DNA from: an uncultured bacterium
Lineage (GTDB): Bacteria > Verrucomicrobiota > Verrucomicrobiia > Limisphaerales > UBA8199
Assembly: GCA_963749495.1 (NCBI GenBank)
Contig: CAVVMW010000004.1
Span: 576,001-640,000, forward strand
Direction of reading: 5' to 3'
Length of the DNA: 64,000 nucleotides
Under the pieces are notes generated by a model. The model did no database searches and was not told the origin of the DNA. It worked only from the letters and a program-made list of their open reading frames with translations. Positions 23,236-31,285 of the stretch are shown piece after piece (position 1 is the stretch's first letter; every line of letters begins with the position of its first letter). The translations under genes were made by a program, and so were the position numbers.

Positions 23236-23887
23236 TCAGCGTTGACCTCCGGTGAAGGCCTCTTTGACTGGTCGCGCAATCCAGGCTGCCGGTGCGCGGA
23301 TGTCAAAAATCATGGCGAGTGTCGCTGCCGTGTCGTAGGTATTGACCGGCGACTGTATTTGGCGGCCCACTCGCACTCCGGGACCGGCAATGATCCACGG
23401 AATCTCGAGCTCCTCCATGGTCGCGCCGCCATGCTTCTTGCCGACGCCGCCGTGGTCAGCGGTGACCAGGACGACCGTGCGGTCTCGAATCCCGGCCTCG
23501 TCCAAGGCCGCCAGCACCTGCCCGACCAGTCCATCCATGTCCTCGACGGCTCGAAAATACTCCGGGGATTTCCAGCCAAATTCGTGGCCGGCATGGTCAA
23601 CATCGTCAAAGTGGATAAAAAGGAAGTTGGGTTTCATCTCTTTGATGAGCTGGGCCGCTCGCCTCGCGGTCGCAGCAGAACCCTTCACATTCTCCAGCAC
23701 ATCCGGCGCGCCGGGCTCGAGGAGACGGCCGAACCCATCCCAGTCGTGAACGCACACTATCCGGGAGTCGGGCCGTTGCGCGCGCAGTTGCCCGAAGATG
23801 GTGGGGAACATTCCCCCGGGCCCGAGCGCAGTCGGTGCAATCTCGAACTTGTTGGTCTGCCAGTCATTGGAGGTCACCCCGTGCTGT
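23236..23887 (-). pseudogene. Alkaline phosphatase paralog lacking N-terminus
   Basis: Begins at QHGVTSNDW; clearly homologous to 7293-8246. Confidence 0.8.
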
Positions 23888-24764
23888 ATCCCTGCCCCGG
23901 TCTGTTTACAACGCTTCGAGCTTGGCTGACTAGACTCTCCCCTTTCCTTAGCTGCGCATTTCGGGCGGCTTCTCCATCTTTCGCAGCAAAGTGAAACCGC
24001 TTGGCAAGTTCGAGATATTGCTGAGCGAGGAAGAAATTCCCGCCCGCCTCGATGTTGCTGGCGATCTGCTCTGCGGATTCGGCGTGCCGCTTGTTGTCAC
24101 CGGCCTCATGCTCCAGGAGCAAGTCCATCAAGCGAGCCGACAACGCCTCCTTCTCCACGTCCACGCGGCTGTTGATGACATGTTCCACATATGTGACGTA
24201 ACTTGGGAACGGTTCATTCTTCTTGCCCAAGATGCGAGCAAGCCCGAAGCCTCTTCGTAACGACTCGATGTCGCATACCCAATCCTCTGCAACATTGAGC
24301 CTCTTGAAGTTCTCCAAATAGCTTTCGGCGGCGATCTTGGCGGATTTATGATCTTTGCGGGTCACCCAGAGGATATCGGCAAAGCGTGCACGCATCGCGG
24401 CGGTCCGGGTTGTCGGTAACAGGCCGGCTAGCAAATCGAGATCCGAAGAGCCTAGATCTTCGAGCGCCATGCTCCGTCGATCATGCATCACGACAAATGG
24501 AGCAAACGGCGGCTGATCGTCCTCCTCTCGTAAAGCGAGCGATGCCACAGAACCCAAAAAACGGAATACCGACTGGCCCTTCTCATCACCGGCTTTCGCA
24601 AGCTGTGAGGATTTCTCAAATAGCAGTGTGTAATAGTCGAAGCAAATCGGATGTTCGGCAGTTGTGATTGCCGCTTCCCAATCGTAATTCGCGACATCTG
24701 CAAGCGCGACATTGAAGCCGCCGCTGCCCGCAGCTGGTTCTTGTTTCTTTGCGTTCGTTTCCAT
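23874..24764 (-). pseudogene. Helical hypothetical protein resembling N-termini of DUF4209/HEPN-associated defence proteins, C-terminally truncated
   Basis: PPFAPF..DRRS..MRARFADILW; lower GC; fused to the phosphatase fragment. Confidence 0.5.
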
Positions 24765-24777
24765 ACGCGATTTGTTT

Positions 24778-25437
24778 TTACCTCATAATGATGGGCAGCG
24801 CCAGCCCTGACGCCCGCTTCCCCAGTGACCCAGTGGATCTTTGCACTGCCTTGTCATTCTTCACGAACAGATCCCACTCGGGAATGCCGCGCATGTTGCG
24901 GATCAACGCTGTGACCGGCATCTCCTTCGGAGCGCGGGGCGTGGTGAGCAGCTTGAGGCCCGCTTCGTGCGGCAGGCGGTTGCCCTTGCGGGCGTTCACG
25001 TCCCTGCTCGACCACACGAGGTTTTCCCACGTGTGTTTGCCGCCACGCGAACGCGGCAGAACATGGTCGAGGCTGCCTTCGTCGGGGCGCAACGCGCGGC
25101 CGGTGTATTGGCAGCGGTTGCCGTCGCGCTCGCGGATTGTGCGGGCGCAGAGCTTCGGGCGCTTCTTCGGCACCTTGGCGAAGTTCACGGCCACAATGAC
25201 CGCCGGCACGCGGATCGGGCCGCGCACGGTCCGCACCGCGTTATCCTGCGGACGGATCGGCAGCGTGATCCACTCGTCCCACGCCACGGGGCGGATGTGG
25301 TTCTCACCTCCGATCTCCAGGCCGGTCGCAACATTCGTTGCCATTTGGCAAAACGCTTCCTGGGGCGTGCGAATGTTGATTGCCTGCCAGTTGCGGTTCA
25401 GCACCAGCACAATCGACTTGTTCAGTATGTCGTTCAT
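24778..25437 (-). CDS. HNH endonuclease (McrA-like) at the 3' end of the tRNA array
   Basis: VLVLNRNWQAI, RDGNRCQY, LDHVLPRSRGG..WENLV....N..KG. Confidence 0.92.
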   Translation of the reverse strand: MNDILNKSIVLVLNRNWQAINIRTPQEAFCQMATNVATGLEIGGENHIRPVAWDEWITLPIRPQDNAVRTVRGPIRVPAVIVAVNFAKVPKKRPKLCARTIRERDGNRCQYTGRALRPDEGSLDHVLPRSRGGKHTWENLVWSSRDVNARKGNRLPHEAGLKLLTTPRAPKEMPVTALIRNMRGIPEWDLFVKNDKAVQRSTGSLGKRASGLALPIIMR

Positions 25438-25511
25438 AAAACGTTTCCACGCGGCCAGATCGCTTCTCGCGCTGAGGTGTTTGTTCTTTGTCGGGGCGTG
25501 TGCCCGGAAAT

Positions 25512-25586
25512 TGGCTGCCTCGCCTGGTTTTGCTCCAAGTCCTCCGGTTTCAGGGACCGGCGCGCTCCTGATTACGCCACGAGGCC
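25512..25586 (-). tRNA. tRNA-Gln(CTG); 5' end hit by hairpin element
   Basis: Hand-folded cloverleaf, loop CC-CTG-AA, encoded CCA. Confidence 0.8.
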
Positions 25587-25655
25587 CGCCGTCGCGCTTT
25601 GTGCTATGGCGCGCCAAGCAATTGGCCCGCCGAGCCGTAGCCGGCAGGCGAAGGC

Positions 25656-25729
25656 TGGTCGCCCGGGGAGGTTCTGCCCCTCCGATTTCTGGGTGTAGGC
25701 CAGACGTGATCCTATTTCACCACCGAGCG
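25656..25729 (-). tRNA. tRNA-Val(TAC)
   Basis: TCTGG-CCTACAC-CCAGA anticodon arm. Confidence 0.85.
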
Positions 25730-25734
25730 TTTCG

Positions 25735-25834
25735 AATGCGGAACTCGGAATGCGGGGTGTGGGGTGCCAAACGAGAACGAAGGTCGCTCGTGCGCGCGCC
25801 CCCATTCCGCACTCTGCATTCCGCACTCCGCACT
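25735..25834. repeat. Inverted heptamer-repeat hairpin (GAATGCG/CGCATTC type)
   Basis: aatgcggaactcggaatgcgg ... cattccgcactctgcattccgcact. Confidence 0.6.
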
Positions 25835-25839
25835 GGGAA

Positions 25840-25913
25840 TGGCTGCCTCGCTTGGATTCGCACCAAGACCGTCGGGGTCAAAGCCCGGCATGCTGCTGTT
25901 ACACCACGAGGCA
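25840..25913 (-). tRNA. tRNA-Gln(TTG)
   Basis: Loop CT-TTG-AC; U1-A72; CCA. Confidence 0.88.
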
Positions 25914-25953
25914 ATGGGTTGGCCTGCCAAGCCGTAGCCCGGAGGGCGAAGGC

Positions 25954-26030
25954 TGGTGGAGCCGGAGGTAGTTGCAACCTCACCAAACCGGATTAAAAGG
26001 CCGGTGCCGGTCTTCTGTGGCTTCGGCTCC
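25954..26030 (-). tRNA. tRNA-Lys(TTT)
   Basis: Loop CT-TTT-AA. Confidence 0.8.
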
Positions 26031-26037
26031 TTGAAAT

Positions 26038-26113
26038 TGGTGCTCGCGGCAGGATTTGCACCTGCACTGGCGACGCTCTCGACGTCGTGTCTCTTCTGTT
26101 GGACTACGCGAGC
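26038..26113 (-). tRNA. tRNA-Leu(GAG), short variable loop
   Basis: CGACG-TCGAGAG-CGTCG. Confidence 0.85.
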
Positions 26114-26121
26114 ATTGGAAA

Positions 26122-26193
26122 TGGAGCCTCCAGCCGGTGCTGCCCCGGCACGATTTTCTTACAAAGAAGATCCACAGGCTGCTGCCTGGAGGC
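26122..26193 (-). tRNA. tRNA-Thr(TGT), degenerate D arm
   Basis: Loop TT-TGT-AA; acceptor GCCTCCA/TGGAGGC. Confidence 0.7.
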
Positions 26194-26231
26194 GAAATGG
26201 CCTGCCGAGCCGTAGCGCTCGGCGCGAAGGC

Positions 26232-26303
26232 TGGTCGCAGTCCCCAGTGCTGCCCTGGGCACGGCGGGCGTATGAAACCTGCCTGAGCGCTGGCTCGACT
26301 GCG
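26232..26303 (-). tRNA. tRNA-Met(CAT) (or Ile2)
   Basis: Loop TT-CAT-AC; acceptor CGCAGTC/GACTGCG. Confidence 0.7.
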
Positions 26304-26331
26304 GTTCTGGCCGACGGCCACGCGATGAAAA

Positions 26332-26406
26332 TGGAGTCCCCACCCGGAATTGCACCGAGCTACCTCCAATACCAATGGAGCGCATCGCTGAAAATGCTTT
26401 GAGGGC
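26332..26406 (-). tRNA. tRNA-Thr(GGT)
   Basis: CTCCA-TTGGTAT-TGGAG. Confidence 0.8.
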
Positions 26407-26414
26407 CATGAAGC

Positions 26415-26529
26415 TGGTCGGCGCGAGACGACTTGCACCCGCCTTCGCTCAAGCTATGGCGGGGCAGGCGTCCAAGGCTGACTGATTCTGAGTCAGATGG
26501 ATCTGCTGTTCCCCGTCAGCCACGCGCCG
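26415..26529 (-). pseudogene. tRNA-Leu(CAG)-like with a 31-nt hairpin element (26438-26468) in the T arm
   Basis: Removing the insert restores GGACG-TGCAAGT-CGTCT. Confidence 0.7.
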
Positions 26530-26535
26530 AGAAAT

Positions 26536-26613
26536 TGGCGTCCCTGACCGGCTTCGCTCCGGTGATCTCCTGCATGAGAGGCAGGCATGTTGTCTGGACT
26601 ACACCACAGGGAC
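26536..26613 (-). tRNA. tRNA-Glu(CTC)
   Basis: CCTGC-CTCTCAT-GCAGG. Confidence 0.88.
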
Positions 26614-26618
26614 GGAAC

Positions 26619-26699
26619 TGGCGGGAGTGGAGAGTGCTGCCCTCTCTGCTTCTCGCATGTCAAATTCCGACTGGGTCGCGACTGATGAGCTACGCCCCC
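26619..26699 (-). pseudogene. tRNA-Val(GAC)-like pseudogene
   Basis: Acceptor and T arm largely intact, TT-GAC-AT loop, 5' anticodon strand replaced. Confidence 0.55.
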
Positions 26700-26703
26700 G
26701 AAA

Positions 26704-26776
26704 TGGAGCGGGTGAACGGGAATGGCACCTTCGTCTCGGCCTCGGCACAGCCGCATTACTGTTGAACCACCCCCGC
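26704..26776 (-). tRNA. tRNA-Gly(GCC)
   Basis: Loop GT-GCC-GA; U73. Confidence 0.75.
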
Positions 26777-26781
26777 AAAAT

Positions 26782-26857
26782 TGGTGTCCCCAGCCGGACT
26801 TCCACCAGCAACCTGGAGTTTAGGACACTCCCGCTCTGTGCTTTGAGCTATGGGGAC
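26782..26857 (-). tRNA. tRNA-Arg(CCT)
   Basis: GGAGT-GTCCTAA-ACTCC. Confidence 0.88.
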
Positions 26858-26861
26858 AAAA

Positions 26862-26971
26862 GGTCGAACCCCTGGCCGGTCTCTTCCACCGGCTCACACC
26901 CAGCGCTTTCCAAAGTCTCACAGGAAGTGAAAGGGGCTGGGCCGCTCGAGCTACTTCGCGTTCAGGGGTCC
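26862..26971 (-). ncRNA. tRNA-like RNA with 9-bp acceptor stem and expanded anticodon arm
   Basis: GGACCCCTG/CAGGGGTTC; CCCAGC/GCTGGG enclosing about 30 nt; GCCGG/CCGGC T-like arm; no CCA. Confidence 0.55.
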
Positions 26972-27041
26972 AAAATGGCCTGCCAAGCCGTAGCCGACAG
27001 GCGAAGGCGGGCCTGCCATGCCGTAGCCGACAGGCGAAGGC

Positions 27042-27133
27042 GGGTGCGCGCGTCCGGTAACGCTCCGGAACTCGGCACTCATCTAGTGCGATTCCGCTTA
27101 TAAGGCGGACGGTTCTCTTTGAACTACGCGCGC
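27042..27133 (-). tRNA. tRNA with TAT (Ile) anticodon and long variable arm
   Basis: TCCGC-CTTATAA-GCGGA; variable hairpin GCACT/AGTGC; 3' CCC supplied by the repeat. Confidence 0.75.
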
Positions 27134-27134
27134 A

Positions 27135-27222
27135 TGGCGGAATGCCGTGGACTTGCACCACTTGCCCGCAGGCACGCACTCGTTAGCACCGAGGCCCGGC
27201 TCGCTCCTCCGGTTGACATTCC
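27135..27222 (-). tRNA. tRNA-Ser(GCT)
   Basis: Loop GT-GCT-AA; long variable arm; G73. Confidence 0.85.
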
Positions 27223-27260
27223 GAAATGGCCGGCCAAGCCGCAGCTCGGAGAGCGAAGGC

Positions 27261-27335
27261 TGGTGCCCGCGGCAGGACTTGCACCTGCACTGTCGAAGGT
27301 TTGAGCTTCGCGCCTCTGCATTGGGCCACGCGGGC
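27261..27335 (-). tRNA. tRNA-Leu(CAA), short variable loop
   Basis: CGAAG-CTCAAAC-CTTCG. Confidence 0.88.
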
Positions 27336-27342
27336 GGCAGAT

Positions 27343-27417
27343 TGGTGCTCCCGGTCAGATTTGCACTGACACTGAACGGGGTTTAAGCCCGTTGCCTCTG
27401 CGTTGGGCTACGGGAGC
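27343..27417 (-). tRNA. tRNA-Leu(TAA), short variable loop
   Basis: ACGGG-CTTAAAC-CCCGT. Confidence 0.88.
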
Positions 27418-27438
27418 TGCTGGCGCAGGGCCACCAAA

Positions 27439-27514
27439 TGGTGCCGCGTGAAGGATTCGCACCTTCAACCTTCCCGTTCTGAGCGGGACGCCTCTGCTGT
27501 TGGGCTAACGCGGC
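27439..27514 (-). tRNA. tRNA-Leu(CAG), short variable loop
   Basis: TCCCG-CTCAGAA-CGGGA. Confidence 0.88.
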
Positions 27515-27520
27515 GTGAAT

Positions 27521-27566
27521 TGGCACTCCCAGCAGGACTCTCACCTGCATCTCCGACGTTCGAAGC
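27521..27566 (-). pseudogene. 3' half of split tRNA-Arg(TCG)
   Basis: G-CTTCGAA-CGTCG, T arm, TGGGAGT-G-CCA. Confidence 0.8.
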
Positions 27567-27707
27567 TTCAGGGCCTTTTAACGCAGTCGGGCCTCTCGGC
27601 CAACCCACAAATTCTGCTGAGGAGGCGAAAAAAAGGATGTTGACAGCTTTGACAGAGCGTGTTAATACTATATCCGCAGTGGATATATCTGCGAAAGTGA
27701 TAGTGCT

Positions 27708-28093
27708 ATGGCGATGATCGAAACCAACGCAGAAGGGATGCTGCCGCTCACTCCGGCAGTGTTTCATGTGCTGCTGGCCCTGGTCGAGGGCGAGCGGCAC
27801 GGCTATGCCATTATGCAGGAAGTGGCTGAAAGCACCCGGGGCCAGATCCACATGGGGCCCGGCACGCTTTACGGCACAATCAAGCGGCTATTGGCGGCCC
27901 GGTTGATCGAAGAGTCAGACCGGCGCCCCAACCCGAGCTGGATGATGAGCAACGCCGCTACTACCGTCTCACTGGACTTGGCCAGCAAGTGGTAAAGGCA
28001 GAAGCGCATCGCTACGAGCAATTGGCAAAACTTGCCCGCCGGAAAAGGCTACTCGGCCAGACCGCCAGGGTGGGGCATGCGAGGGGACTTTGA
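27708..28093 (+). CDS. PadR family regulator, frameshift near 27930
   Basis: HGYAIMQEV..GPGTLYGTIKRL; RRYYRLT in the other frame; upstream palindrome ATATCC-N5-GGATAT. Confidence 0.8.
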
Positions 28094-28095
28094 CG

Positions 28096-29064
28096 ATGTC
28101 GCAATCCTGCGAACCAAAACCGGTGGCGTTTTCCGGCGAGATTTATGAGCGCCTGCTGGCACTCTACCCGAGGGAGCATCGCCGGGAATATGGACCCGCG
28201 ATGGCGCAACTCTTCCGCAACCAGTGCCGCGATGCCTGGACTGAAGCACGCGGACGGGCATTGGCGCTCCTCTGGCTGCGCACCTCGATTGATTTGGTAA
28301 AAACCTCGATCCTGGAACACCTCCGGGATCTCAAACAAAGGAAAACCATGTTCAACAAATTGGTTTTGGCGGTTCGCAATACTCCGGGTCTGCGGGCCAC
28401 CTTTTTGGCCTTATTCGTACCGGTGTTCGTGCTGGTACTCGGCTTCTACATCCTGGTGGCGTTTCTGGTGCACGGTGAGTATGCGAGCACCGTTAGAATC
28501 AAAGTTCACAAGGCCGCCAGCTATGTTACACCTCCCAGTTATCAGCGATACGTGGTTGGGAACTACGATCCGTATTTTATCCGCAGCCAGTTTAGACTGA
28601 TCCAGTCGGATTCTGTTCTCGGCCGGGTGGCCAAGAAGCTCGACCTGGCCGAGGCTTGGGGGCCGAGATCTCCTGGTGGGGCGCTCAGCGATGACGACAC
28701 GATTGACCTGCTAAAGGAAAAGCTCGCTTTGCGGCCGGTGCGCAACACGGACCTGATTGAGGTCCGCGTCTACAGCAATAGCGCCAGGGAGGCCTCCAAT
28801 ATTGCGAATGTGCTGGCCGAGACTTATCGCAACCTCAGAAGCGAACAGCGGCAGAGTGCAGTGGAAGTGGAAGCGCCGAGAGCGCGGTTGGTGGAAATAG
28901 TGGACACTGCCGTGCCTGGGTCAAGGCCCGTGCGGCCCAATAAGCTGTTCAACGTGTTCTTCGGACTCTTTGGCGGATCCCTCCTGGGTGTGCTTGTTGG
29001 CGGAGTGGGAGCTTTCGTTGTGCTCCTATACCGGCGGCTATCACCGCCGGCTGCAACGGCCTGA
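28096..29064 (+). CDS. PadR-associated membrane protein with chain-length-determinant (Wzz-like) domain
   Basis: LLALYPREHRREYG..M; YDPYFIRSQ..IQS; IVDTAVP..PVRPNK; two TMs. Confidence 0.75.
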   Translation: MSQSCEPKPVAFSGEIYERLLALYPREHRREYGPAMAQLFRNQCRDAWTEARGRALALLWLRTSIDLVKTSILEHLRDLKQRKTMFNKLVLAVRNTPGLRATFLALFVPVFVLVLGFYILVAFLVHGEYASTVRIKVHKAASYVTPPSYQRYVVGNYDPYFIRSQFRLIQSDSVLGRVAKKLDLAEAWGPRSPGGALSDDDTIDLLKEKLALRPVRNTDLIEVRVYSNSAREASNIANVLAETYRNLRSEQRQSAVEVEAPRARLVEIVDTAVPGSRPVRPNKLFNVFFGLFGGSLLGVLVGGVGAFVVLLYRRLSPPAATA

Positions 29065-29239
29065 TCACCCTGAAAACCCAGGGCCGCTGATAGCCAGGGG
29101 GGTAGCTTTCAGCTTGAACTCAGGTCGGTCTGATCGGTTTGTGGAGTTCAGCGGGTTTTATGAGGGAGATCGCGCTCTTTCCATCATCAACCGAGTCTAA
29201 AATCGACTTCCTTCCCCTCGATTACTGAGGCACTCCTCA

Positions 29240-29270
29240 GTCGCGCTCTGATGATTTGAGCTGCGGGAGC
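29240..29270 (-). pseudogene. 5' half of split tRNA-Arg(TCG)
   Basis: GCTCCCG-CA-GCTC..GAGC-G-CGAC pairs with the 3' half at 27521-27566. Confidence 0.8.
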
Positions 29271-29278
29271 ATTGAAAT

Positions 29279-29370
29279 TGGTGGGCCGCCACGGATTCGC
29301 ACCTGGTGGCCGTGCGCAAGCACTTCTCGCCGGGTAAGAGCCGGGACTTCACTGCCAAAGTTTGCAGCCC
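29279..29370 (-). tRNA. tRNA-Lys(CTT)-like with extra hairpin in the variable/T region
   Basis: CCGG-CTCTTAC-CCGG; extra GTGC-TTGC-GCAC. Confidence 0.6.
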
Positions 29371-29374
29371 AAGC

Positions 29375-29447
29375 GCGACACGAAGGCGGAGTTGAACCGC
29401 CGCAGCCAGGTCTGTGGAGCCTGGCCGGCACCGGGATTTCGCGTCGC
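29375..29447 (-). ncRNA. tRNA mimic with 10-bp terminal stem and canonical T loop
   Basis: GCGACGCGAA/TTCGTGTCGC; GGCGG-TTCAACT-CCGCC; 9-nt anticodon-like loop; no CCA. Confidence 0.6.
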
Positions 29448-29453
29448 ATGAAA

Positions 29454-29555
29454 TGGAATCCCAAGCGCGCTGAATCTGGCGCCAGGCACGGTGGCCGTGC
29501 GGCAGCACCTTCGACCGTGCCGGGGTCTCTGGCGGCAGGCCAGATTCGCTTGGGA
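29454..29555 (-). ncRNA. Long-hairpin RNA ending in CCA
   Basis: TCCCAAGCG-AATCTGGC ... GCCAGATT..CGCTTGGGA-TTCCA. Confidence 0.5.
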
Positions 29556-29557
29556 AA

Positions 29558-29648
29558 TGGACGGGCATGAGAGTAGCGCGCCCTCTATTCCGGTTTGGAA
29601 GGTCCTTGCGGACGGCCATCAGCGTGTATCTCTCAACACTTATGCCCG
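29558..29648 (-). tRNA. tRNA-Gly(TCC)-like with about 16-nt insert in the anticodon arm
   Basis: CGGGCAT/ATGCCCG-T-CCA; GTCC-GCAA-GGAC before CT-TCC-AA. Confidence 0.6.
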
Positions 29649-29688
29649 ATGAAATGGCCCGCCATGCCGTAGCCCAGCGGGCGAAGGC

Positions 29689-29763
29689 TGGAGTCCCGTG
29701 CGGGAGTCGCACCCGCCTGTGTGGTTTTGCAGACCACTGCCTCGGCTGCTCGGCCAACGGGAC
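29689..29763 (-). tRNA. tRNA-Cys(GCA)
   Basis: GTGGT-CTGCAAA-ACCAC; U73. Confidence 0.9.
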
Positions 29764-29817
29764 ATGCTTCGAGATCGAAGCGCGGGCGGATGGTTGTGTC
29801 GCCCGCCCGCGGGGCGA

Positions 29818-30615
29818 TTAATTCTCGGCAGGCGGATCCGGTGGTGCGTTCGGCTTGCCATTTTTGAACGGCAGGAAGCCGCCGGGCATGCCGAGCACCA
29901 GCGTGTTGCCGGCGTGCTGTGCAGCCGAAAGCGACTGCATCAGACGCAGGTTCATCAGCGCCGGGTTGCCTTCCAACACGCGGGCCGCGTTGGCGAGATT
30001 GCGCAACGAGGCGCTTTCACCCCGGGCGCGTTCGAGTGCGGCCTGGCCTTCCTGCTTTGCCTTCAGCACATCGGCGAACGCACGCTTCAGCTCGGCCGGG
30101 AACATCACATCCTTCACTTCGACAGCGAGAACGTTGATGCCGATCTTCGCGGAGTCCCGCTGCACGCGCGCCAGCAGTTGCGCTCCGAGTTCGAGCCGCT
30201 CATTGAGCAGCGCTTCGACGGCGACTCTGTTTACGACCGCGCGCAATGCGAGCTGGGCGCTGTTGTATAGGTCGCACTGCCAGTTCTGCGTTTCGTGCGC
30301 AGCCTTGGCCGGGTCGGCCATCTGGTAGATGACGAGCAGGCTCATCTTCAGGCCGACGTTGTCAGCAGTGAGGACTTCCTGTCCCGCCACGAGCAGCGCG
30401 CCCTTGCGCAGGTCCTGTGCGCCCAGTGTGAAGTGCCGGCCCCAGCGAATGTGTCGGCCGGCCACGAGGACTTCGACGAACCTGCCCTTGTGATAGAGCA
30501 GGCCGGCGCAGCCTTCCGGCACGAGGAAGGCGTAACGAAATTCCCTCGCGACGGCGGCAACAATGACGCCGCCGAGAATGGCCATGAGGATTACGATGAG
30601 AATGTTGTAGTTCAT
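29818..30615 (-). CDS. SPFH/Band-7 (slipin-like) protein
   Basis: GQEVLTADNV, QLALRAVV, KDVMFP, ARGESASLRNLANAARVLEGNPALMNLR. Confidence 0.92.
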   Translation of the reverse strand: MNYNILIVILMAILGGVIVAAVAREFRYAFLVPEGCAGLLYHKGRFVEVLVAGRHIRWGRHFTLGAQDLRKGALLVAGQEVLTADNVGLKMSLLVIYQMADPAKAAHETQNWQCDLYNSAQLALRAVVNRVAVEALLNERLELGAQLLARVQRDSAKIGINVLAVEVKDVMFPAELKRAFADVLKAKQEGQAALERARGESASLRNLANAARVLEGNPALMNLRLMQSLSAAQHAGNTLVLGMPGGFLPFKNGKPNAPPDPPAEN

Positions 30616-30646
30616 GTCTATTCTCCTTTCTGGTTCCGAATTGAAA

Positions 30647-30752
30647 GCCCGGAGCAGGAGACCACCATCCAGCGGCGGAAGAATCGCGCAGAGGCAATTC
30701 TCGCAAAGCCGCCTTCGAGCTGCGCTCTCGCGCTGGTCTCACTGCTCCGAGC
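30647..30752 (-). ncRNA. Long multi-stem hairpin upstream of the SPFH gene
   Basis: GCTCGGAGCAG-TGAGACCA ... TGGTCTC-CTGCTCCGGGC. Confidence 0.45.
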
Positions 30753-30794
30753 CGTGGCGGGATTCCTCCCGTGTCCAACCAATGGAGTTGGTTT

Positions 30795-30879
30795 TCAGCC
30801 AACGTGCGGATTCGAACCGCGATGGATCAGCCCATTCGCAGGACCATTCCAGCGAATTGCTGGATGGCTGCTGGCTTGA
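30795..30879 (-). ncRNA. tRNA mimic with canonical TTCGAAT T loop
   Basis: AGCCAGC/GTTGGCT stem; GCGG-TTCGAAT-CCGC; no anticodon arm or CCA. Confidence 0.55.
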
Positions 30880-30892
30880 TCCAAATCGAAAA

Positions 30893-30967
30893 TGGGGTGA
30901 CCAACCGGACTCGCACCGGCACAAACGCCTTCACGGGGCGTGATGCTGCTGTTACATCATGATCACC
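30893..30967 (-). tRNA. tRNA-His(GTG)
   Basis: ACGCC-CCGTGAA-GGCGT; G-1/C73. Confidence 0.9.
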
Positions 30968-30973
30968 ATAAAA

Positions 30974-31208
30974 TGGCCTGCCGAACCGTAGCCAGGCAGG
31001 CGAAGGCTGGCCTGCCGTGCCGTAGCCGACAGGCGAAGGCTGGCCTGCCGTGCCGTAGCCGACAGGCGAAGGCTGGCCTGCCGTGCCGTAGCCGACAGGC
31101 GAAGGCTGGCCTGCCGTGCCGTAGCCGACAGGCGAAGGCTGGCCTGCCGTGCCGTAGCCGACAGGCGAAGGCTGGCCTGCCGTGCCGTAGCCGACAGGCG
31201 AAGGCTGG
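30974..31208. repeat. Seven tandem copies of a 33-bp hairpin element
   Basis: tggcctgccgtgccgtagccgacaggcgaaggc x6 plus one 34-bp variant; no spacers. Confidence 0.95.
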
Positions 31209-31281
31209 AGCCCCTGGTCGGACTCGCACCGACGAATACGAGTTTACGAAACTCGCCCTGTTGCTGCTGAGGCACAGGGGC
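31206..31281 (-). tRNA. tRNA-Thr(CGT)
   Basis: CGAGT-TTCGTAA-ACTCG. Confidence 0.85.
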
Positions 31282-31285
31282 AAAA

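Noticed and set aside
29271..30890. GOLLD/ROOL-type giant ncRNA
   Set aside because: No uninterrupted spacer long enough; the region resolves into small units
30974..31208. CRISPR array
   Set aside because: 33-bp units are contiguous with no unique spacers, and there are no cas genes
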